Of a DNA stretch of 64,000 nucleotides, positions 58,074 through 64,000 are shown piece after piece. The stretch spans positions 1,408,001 to 1,472,000 of the forward strand of contig OZ243037.1 in NCBI GenBank assembly GCA_965212015.1, given 5' to 3'. The DNA comes from Cenarchaeum sp. (GTDB lineage: Archaea; Thermoproteota; Nitrososphaeria; Nitrososphaerales; Nitrosopumilaceae). Under the pieces are notes generated by a model. It had not been told where the DNA came from and ran no database searches. It saw only the letters and a program-made list of their open reading frames with translations. The position numbers and the translations under genes are program-made. The first letter of the stretch is position 1. The number at the start of each line of letters is the position of its first letter.

Positions 58074-58535
58074 TTATTTTATTGCAAACGCCTCTAGGAC
58101 GTCCCTTGCGTGTCCTGCCGGCTTTACCTTTGGATACACCCTGAAGACCTTTCCCTTTTCGTCCACAAGAAAGGTGCTTCTCGCCACGCCCATGTATTCG
58201 CGGCCCATGAACTTTTTCTTGCCCCAGACGCCGAATTTCTTTGAAATGCTCTTTTCAGTGTCTGCAAGCAGCATGTACGGGATTTTCATCTTTGTACAGA
58301 ACTTTTTGTGCGAGTCCACATCATCCGGACTGACGCCTATTATCTCTATTTTGGCCTTTTTGAACTTTGAATGGTCCCTGGAAAACTCGTCGGCCTCTGT
58401 CGTGCAGCCCGGGGTAAAGTCCCTGGGATAAAAATAGATTACGCATTTTTTGCCGTATAAATCGGAGGATTTGACAAGGTTTCCGTCCGCATCCTGTGCT
58501 TTGAACTTTGGAACCGAATCGCCCTCTTTGATCAT
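58074..58535 (-). CDS. bcp: Peroxiredoxin BCP/PrxQ
   Basis: YFYPRDFTPGCTTEA, RSTFLVD. Confidence 0.92.
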   Translation of the reverse strand: MIKEGDSVPKFKAQDADGNLVKSSDLYGKKCVIYFYPRDFTPGCTTEADEFSRDHSKFKKAKIEIIGVSPDDVDSHKKFCTKMKIPYMLLADTEKSISKKFGVWGKKKFMGREYMGVARSTFLVDEKGKVFRVYPKVKPAGHARDVLEAFAIK

Positions 58536-58753
58536 TGTGTGTGGTACCATTCTGCGATTAATTATTTGTAGCTGCGGTTTTGCCCGATTGCGGGAATACA
58601 CGCATGTGGCAGAATCGGGGTGAGCGGGCTGTTTTCCAAAAGTGCGAGTTTTGCAATGTCCTGCTCCGCAGACGCTGCCATTCCAGCCGGCAGGCCCAGG
58701 TATCTGAATTCACAGGCACAAGATCCGGCCGCCTGGAAACCAGACCGTCTGGC

Positions 58754-59110
58754 TCAATTGCCCAGCTCGATGCAGACGGCGCCGTCTATTACCTCGACAT
58801 TATACATTATCAGATCGCCTGATTTGCGCCATTCGGGATTCTGCTCCACCCACGTGCTGCTCCTCTTCCAGGACTGCATGTTTGTCAGCTTGCCAGAGCA
58901 GACGTCAAACTCGTATCGGTGCATGTGGCACACCAGGTTCTCGCCGTTATAGTATCCCTTGTGCAACGAGGCGTACCTGTGCGGGCAGACATTGTCGCAC
59001 GCAAACAGCCTGCCGCCCCTCCTGCCGACCAGAATCTCCTTTTTTCCGACGGTATACTTTTGCATGGAATCCTCCTTGATGTCCGATTCGTCGCATATTC
59101 TGGTGGGCAT
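58754..59110 (-). CDS. Rieske [2Fe-2S] ferredoxin
   Basis: CPHR...VCHMHRYEFD Rieske ligands. Confidence 0.88.
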   Translation of the reverse strand: MPTRICDESDIKEDSMQKYTVGKKEILVGRRGGRLFACDNVCPHRYASLHKGYYNGENLVCHMHRYEFDVCSGKLTNMQSWKRSSTWVEQNPEWRKSGDLIMYNVEVIDGAVCIELGN

Positions 59111-59142
59111 GATAAAAATAAAAAAAAAGATGTTATAAATTC

Positions 59143-59736
59143 CTACAGGTGTATCAGTCCGCCATGTCCCTTGGTGTGAGGTGACTGGCCGACAAATGAT
59201 CGCCTAAAGTGCCCTGAGGGCCTCTTTGTCAAAAGCTCCACAAACCATGCCTCGTGCTCTATCTCTTCTTGCAGTATTGCCTGCGCGATAGAGTACGTCC
59301 TGTGATCCTTGTTGGCAGTATAGTCGCACACCTCGCTCCATGAGCGAATCGCGCACCTTTCTGCCTCTAGCAGGATCTTGAGAATCTCCTCCACGTTCTC
59401 CCAGTCGTCGGGCAGATACGCGTCAGGACATCCTGCAAGGTCTGCAAACTTTCGGATGTCTCTGGGAAGCTCGCCTCCAATCTCATACAGCCTGGGAACC
59501 ATCGCCTCAAAGTGATTTCTGTCCTCGATTCTGGCGTCCTCGACTATCTCCTTGAGTCCTTCGCCGTCCCGGCCCGTACAGTGCATACGGAGTATGGTGT
59601 AATAGTAGTACGTGGTAAACTCTGCGCCTACGCCCGCCTGCAGCATCTTTCGTAGTTTTTCAAGATCAATGCCGTTTTTGACTATTACCTCTATTCCAAC
59701 AAGCTCTCCAATCTTATCCTTGTAGTTTGTCGTCAT
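59143..59736 (-). CDS. DPS-like (DPSL) ferritin-superfamily protein
   Basis: [39 protein letters not shown]. Confidence 0.9.
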   Translation of the reverse strand: MTTNYKDKIGELVGIEVIVKNGIDLEKLRKMLQAGVGAEFTTYYYYTILRMHCTGRDGEGLKEIVEDARIEDRNHFEAMVPRLYEIGGELPRDIRKFADLAGCPDAYLPDDWENVEEILKILLEAERCAIRSWSEVCDYTANKDHRTYSIAQAILQEEIEHEAWFVELLTKRPSGHFRRSFVGQSPHTKGHGGLIHL

Positions 59737-59853
59737 ACGCACAAAATCAGTCAGGGGCTATTTTAACTAGATCATGCCGCAGTATGCCCCATACTGCAAT
59801 CCGGGCCGTCTGGCGGGCAAATTTTCAAATAAAGAGCGGCTAGACTAAACCAT

Positions 59854-60267
59854 ATGGGAATGGCACCATTCAAAGAAATGTCTGATCACCTCGACTCTGA
59901 ATCAGAAAAGCTAAGGGCCGCAGTCCGTGACGCGCTGGCAGACCCGGGGCGCCTGCCGGTGCGCGATATAATATCCGTCTATTTCCAGGTGACAAACCTG
60001 AAATCATACATGGTGATGCTAAGGGACCAGCTCAGAAAGGCTGGCACGGGCGGGGGGGATCTGCCTGCCAGGATTGCACGCATGGATGATTTTATCTCTG
60101 AAAAATTCGACGGGGAGCTGCATCCGGCAATCGTGTCGCGCCTGACAGAGTCAGTAGAAAAGACTACTACTGCCATGCGCTCGGGAACCGGTGACGAGGC
60201 TGCCGGATACGACGAGCTGCGCGAAATGATGAGTGTGAGGGAGTTTGTGGGCCAGTACGACAGGTAA
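59854..60267 (+). CDS. Hypothetical helical protein
   Basis: 137-aa ORF 5 nt upstream of the next gene. Confidence 0.65.
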   Translation: MGMAPFKEMSDHLDSESEKLRAAVRDALADPGRLPVRDIISVYFQVTNLKSYMVMLRDQLRKAGTGGGDLPARIARMDDFISEKFDGELHPAIVSRLTESVEKTTTAMRSGTGDEAAGYDELREMMSVREFVGQYDR

Positions 60268-60272
60268 CGGCC

Positions 60273-61103
60273 ATGCTTGAGAATATTGCAGAAAGCCTGG
60301 TCCGGCTGGGGCGGGCGTTTGCAAAAGAGTATTCCGGTACGGCCAACATACAGGAACCGGTCCCCATAAAACCCGAATCGCTTCAGATGGATGCCGGTCA
60401 CCTGGAGAAAATTCACCGCTTTGCGTCGGATAATCCCATCTATTACAACTCGTACGAGCAGAGCATCGGCTCTGTGCCGTGCATTGTATACGAGGGCGAC
60501 ATTAACAGGTTCTGGCTGGGCAGCATAGCGCACGGCGCAAGCCGCGCGCCGTTCTCCCCCACGTGGATGCTCTCTGCGTACGTGCTGTCACTAGTAGCAA
60601 GGGATCTTGGCGCGCAGGAACTGGTAGATGTCGGCTCTGGGGACGGCCGCATTGCATACTGTGCTGCGATTCTGGGACTCGGGGCGCACGGAATAGAGAT
60701 CGACGGCGCACTGGCGGGGCTGCAGGGGCAGATTGCAGAATCCACGGGGGTGAGCTTTGATCCCGCCTGTACGGATGCGGCAAAATTCGACTATACGTCA
60801 CTGGGGCTGTCCCGTCCCGCATTTTTCATAGGGGGGCTGGCCCACATGGGCGGAGACGTGCTGGCGCGCGGACTGGTTGAAAAAATATCACATAACCGTT
60901 CCCTGAGGGATGCTGCGACAGTTGCGTTTACCGGTACGGTTTCTGGCAAATATCCCGCAGACCGGTACGGGCTGGCCGGATGGGGCCAGACAATCCGGGA
61001 CGCCGGAATGCGGACAGTCAGGAGGCTGTCGCTGCCGACTGTCTGGACCTTTCGCGAGCCAGACGAGACGCCGTACATTTTTGCCAGCTTTGCCCATTCG
61101 TAA
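60273..61103 (+). CDS. Class I SAM-dependent methyltransferase-like protein
   Basis: LVDVGSGDGRIA...GIEID motif I/post-I. Confidence 0.75.
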   Translation: MLENIAESLVRLGRAFAKEYSGTANIQEPVPIKPESLQMDAGHLEKIHRFASDNPIYYNSYEQSIGSVPCIVYEGDINRFWLGSIAHGASRAPFSPTWMLSAYVLSLVARDLGAQELVDVGSGDGRIAYCAAILGLGAHGIEIDGALAGLQGQIAESTGVSFDPACTDAAKFDYTSLGLSRPAFFIGGLAHMGGDVLARGLVEKISHNRSLRDAATVAFTGTVSGKYPADRYGLAGWGQTIRDAGMRTVRRLSLPTVWTFREPDETPYIFASFAHS

Positions 61104-61135
61104 TCCAAATTAAGCTTGGCCATTGAGGGGTGTCG

Positions 61136-61210
61136 GGACTCGTTGCATAGCATGGATAGTGCGAACGCTTGCGGAGCGTTAGGTCGCCGGTTCGAATCCG
61201 GCCGAGTCCG
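61136..61210 (+). tRNA. tRNA-Arg(GCG)
   Basis: Acceptor GGACTCG/CGAGTCC+G; anticodon arm AACGC-TTGCGGA-GCGTT; GGTTCGAATCC; T-tract after. Confidence 0.95.
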
Positions 61211-61221
61211 CCTTTTTCTGT

Positions 61222-62616
61222 CTATGGCAGCGATACGGTCCCAAACCCGTACGCAAGACAGTTCTCATAGTGGTTTATGATTTCCGGCTTCCAGCCCTTG
61301 CCTGAGTCCAGCTGATCCAAAGAGACCCTCAGCTTTTGAATCCGCCCGTAATGCCGGGTGTTTCTCCTTATCAGTATGTCGCGGAATTCCTCGTGCGGAA
61401 GCGAGCTGCTCTTTTTACAGTTGCACTCTTTGCATGCGAGGACCAGATTCCACGCGCTGTCCTCGAATATGTACGACCACGGGATAAAGTGGTCCACGTG
61501 TATGCCGCCGCGCTCCAGCCTGCCGCCGCAGTAAAAGCAGTGGTCTGTGTGCTCAAAGTACATCCGCTTGTATTCCAGCAGCGATCCCCTCGCCGTGCTG
61601 TCCTGGTCTATCTTTGCGACCAGCCTGGGAAGCGCGTGGTTGACCTTTTCCAGGTATCTGGCCCATTCTGCAAGGACCACCCTTGATAGCAGCGCGTCGT
61701 TTGTGCGCAAAAACTCAAAGGCCTCCGGCCTGAGATAGATCTTTTGTGCGTCATCGTCGTAATCATAGAATGCCCTTGCCTCCATGACGCCGCTGCCGGA
61801 CGGAACGTTCTGGAACCTCGGCACAACCAGGGACGTCTTTGATCTGGCGTGGCCAAACACGGTCCTCTGTATCTTTTGCCGCGCCCTCTCAATGTCGTTA
61901 TTATCCAGCAGCTCAAAGTCGCCGGGGGGATTGCTGCCAAAGACTTCATTGATTGCGCGTATGACCTTTGGCTTGCCCCTCACGTGAAAGTCCTGCTTCA
62001 TCTTGAACTTGTATTCCTGGTACCAATAGTATCTTAGAAACTTGGCCGACAGATACTCGTAGGATATCTCGTGCGTCCGCACCGCACCGCCGGCGTTCTC
62101 CCTGCAATAGTCCAAAAGCGACTTTGCAAGCGTAAACTTGTACGTATTGTCCTTTTTGCCCCTGGTGAGTATGGCGAGGAACTTTTGCTTCAGGTCGTCG
62201 GCGTACGCCCCTGCCACAGGATCGCGCATGCGCGCCCTTTTTTCCGTGCTCATCTGCATGCGTCCGGCCGGTCTTTGCGCCAGCCGCATCACCCCCAGGC
62301 GCCTGCCGGCACTCCAGTCCGCAACGGCGCCGCCTGCCCTGAGCTTGGCAATCTCTTGGTCTATAACATTGTAAAAGTCACTCGTTTTCCTGTGCGGCCC
62401 CCACATGTCCGGATGAATCCTTAGCTTTTTTGCCACCGATACTATTAGATCCGCCCTCCTGTGCCACACCGGCATGCGCCCGTATTCGTTCTGTGATGCG
62501 TCCTGCCCGTACCTGCGGCCGGCCTGCCCCTCCAGATCCCTTATGGTGGCACCCTTTTGGCCCAGGCAAAAGGCGACGGCGTCATGCACGGCCCTGCGCT
62601 CAATGTACCCCGACAT
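61222..62616 (-). CDS. HNH endonuclease with extended N-terminal domains
   Basis: NTYKFTLAKSLL domain; CFYCG...HVDHFIPWS...WNLVLACKECNCKKS; start set at MSGYIE. Confidence 0.85.
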   Translation of the reverse strand: MSGYIERRAVHDAVAFCLGQKGATIRDLEGQAGRRYGQDASQNEYGRMPVWHRRADLIVSVAKKLRIHPDMWGPHRKTSDFYNVIDQEIAKLRAGGAVADWSAGRRLGVMRLAQRPAGRMQMSTEKRARMRDPVAGAYADDLKQKFLAILTRGKKDNTYKFTLAKSLLDYCRENAGGAVRTHEISYEYLSAKFLRYYWYQEYKFKMKQDFHVRGKPKVIRAINEVFGSNPPGDFELLDNNDIERARQKIQRTVFGHARSKTSLVVPRFQNVPSGSGVMEARAFYDYDDDAQKIYLRPEAFEFLRTNDALLSRVVLAEWARYLEKVNHALPRLVAKIDQDSTARGSLLEYKRMYFEHTDHCFYCGGRLERGGIHVDHFIPWSYIFEDSAWNLVLACKECNCKKSSSLPHEEFRDILIRRNTRHYGRIQKLRVSLDQLDSGKGWKPEIINHYENCLAYGFGTVSLP

Positions 62617-62689
62617 GACACACAGGACGCACCATGATTTAAAAAAACTATGCCTAAACACAGAAATTGAATCGCCCGTAATTCCTGCC

Positions 62690-62833
62690 ATGGGGGCACT
62701 GCGCGGGATTGTGGGTTTTTTCGCCTTTATAGCCGCCGGCATTGTCGCAGTGGCAGTAGGCGCGTTTATGATCCGGGGAAACATGCACATGTGGGACAGA
62801 AACGCCAAAAAGGACGACGACAAGTCAAGCTAG
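62690..62833 (+). CDS. Single-TM microprotein (47 aa)
   Basis: MGALRGIVGFFAFIAAGIVAVAVGAFMIRG... then charged tail. Confidence 0.5.
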   Translation: MGALRGIVGFFAFIAAGIVAVAVGAFMIRGNMHMWDRNAKKDDDKSS

Positions 62834-62860
62834 AAATATCCCGCCGCACAGGACACCTGC

Positions 62861-63031
62861 ATGGTCGGACCACAGGACGGCGGATTTGGCTTTGACCAGT
62901 CAAAAAAATACACCAGCGTCGAGAATCTTGAAAAGATATGCGTGCAGTGCCAGGCAGGCCAGCACGCAAAATGCCTTGCAAAGTCAGAGCAGCAGGTCTG
63001 CGACTGCGAGCTGTGCCTGATTCATGGTTAA
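62861..63031 (+). CDS. Cys-rich microprotein (56 aa)
   Basis: Manual translation ending ICVQCQAGQHAKC...VCDCELCLIHG. Confidence 0.6.
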   Translation: MVGPQDGGFGFDQSKKYTSVENLEKICVQCQAGQHAKCLAKSEQQVCDCELCLIHG

Positions 63032-63063
63032 ACTAATTTAGCGGAATCACGCACCACTGTACG

Positions 63064-63165
63064 ATGTCGCGCCTAAAGATCATTGCCGCATGGATCGCCA
63101 TTATAGGCGGCGGAATAGGGTTCTTTTTCCTCTCTGATCTGGTGCTGGTAGACGTAATGAGATAG
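63064..63165 (+). CDS. Single-TM microprotein (33 aa)
   Basis: MSRLKIIAAWIAIIGGGIGFFFLSDLVLVDVMR. Confidence 0.5.
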   Translation: MSRLKIIAAWIAIIGGGIGFFFLSDLVLVDVMR

Positions 63166-63166
63166 C

Positions 63167-63976
63167 CTAGTCTCTTTCGGATTCCAGCCTTTCTAGCTTT
63201 TGGCGCGTGGCATCGTGCTCCCGGCGCTCCTTTTCCAGTATCCTTCTGATGATTGCCAGCTCGCCCTCGGCAGTCTTTAGCTTTTGGGTCACCGATGCCA
63301 CTACTGCGCTTGCCGCCTCGACTATGTGCTTTTTTTCGGCAGGATCTGGGGAACCGGCCTGCACCGGTGCGTCTTGCAAACCCTGCAGCTTGCCGCTTGC
63401 GTCCTTGATGCGGCCCGTGACGCCGGCAAGCTCCGACTCTGCCTGCCGCCGCTTTTTTTCAATGCGGTCAAGCACGGACTGTGATTCTGCAATCCCCGTC
63501 TTTAGCTCGCCTGCGCGGGCCTGGTTTTTTACAATCTCGTCTTTAACCTCGGAGAGGACAGAGTTTGATTTTTCCAGCTCGTCGAGCTGGTGCTTTTTGT
63601 CCCTGATGCCGTCCTCTATTGCCTCCAGCCGCACCCTGAGCGGCGCCATCTTTTCTTGCATCTGCGTATACTGCACCCTCATGGATTCGGCCTCTTTTTT
63701 TCCCGCATTGAGCTCCTTTTTTACCGTCATTAGCTCGCCGACTGCGCCGTCGTACTCTTTTCTGACGGTTGCAAGCTTGCCGGTAATCGACTCGAGGCTG
63801 CCGCGCTTGCTTGCAATCTCGCCTTCCACGGTATTCATCTCGCCCCTTCTCTCGTCTAGCACATAGTCGTGTATCTCTGATGCCTTTACCTCTGTTCCGG
63901 GGACGTCACCGTCCTTTGGTTCGTCCTTTTTTAGCCGCCTGAGCCAGTCCATGGGTGCCGTTTTTTTTCTTGTCAT
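63167..63976 (-). CDS. Long coiled-coil protein
   Basis: Heptad E/K/L-rich pattern along most of 269 aa; no ATPase motif. Confidence 0.75.
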   Translation of the reverse strand: MTRKKTAPMDWLRRLKKDEPKDGDVPGTEVKASEIHDYVLDERRGEMNTVEGEIASKRGSLESITGKLATVRKEYDGAVGELMTVKKELNAGKKEAESMRVQYTQMQEKMAPLRVRLEAIEDGIRDKKHQLDELEKSNSVLSEVKDEIVKNQARAGELKTGIAESQSVLDRIEKKRRQAESELAGVTGRIKDASGKLQGLQDAPVQAGSPDPAEKKHIVEAASAVVASVTQKLKTAEGELAIIRRILEKERREHDATRQKLERLESERD

Positions 63977-64000
63977 AAAATTCTTGGGAAAGCCGTCACG

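Noticed and set aside
62617-62823. N-terminal 69 aa of the 533-aa HNH ORF
   Set aside because: Antisense to a TM microprotein ORF and spans an AT-rich promoter-like segment; ATG at 62616 is more plausible
63167-63976. SMC/Rad50 assignment for the coiled-coil protein
   Set aside because: No Walker motifs or hinge, and too short

Overview
Archaeal chromosome segment whose gene set points to an ammonia-oxidising thaumarchaeon (Nitrosopumilaceae-like; inferred from topoisomerase VI, aIF1A/2b/5A/5B, L7Ae/S28e/L24e/S24e/S27ae, the ADH-synthase shikimate route, MqnC/UbiD, DPS-like protein and an intron-containing tRNA). Bases 1-26.7 kb and 41.3-61.2 kb are core housekeeping genes (translation, topo VI, SRP54, sugar-nucleotide enzymes, thiamine, aromatic amino acids, menaquinone, oxidative stress). 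About 26.8-41.2 kb is an accessory, partly AT-rich defence island. It holds an EndoIII-like/PD-(D/E)xK nuclease, a doubly amber-interrupted IS5-family element with TIRs, and a type III res-mod pair whose res gene carries a 4x10-bp tandem repeat in its 5' coding region (candidate phase-variation switch). It also holds a mini-HNH + HhH-GPD glycosylase + DUF6884-like cassette (best candidate for an undescribed modified-base defence module, with a decayed second DUF6884 copy), a winged-helix-HNH nuclease and an AbiE type IV TA pair with a 23-bp palindrome. Features missed by the ORF track include a box C/D sRNA predicted to guide 2'-O-methylation of C34 of a CAU-anticodon tRNA, two tRNAs, rps27ae and several microproteins. 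All family assignments are from motif recognition by eye, not database searches.
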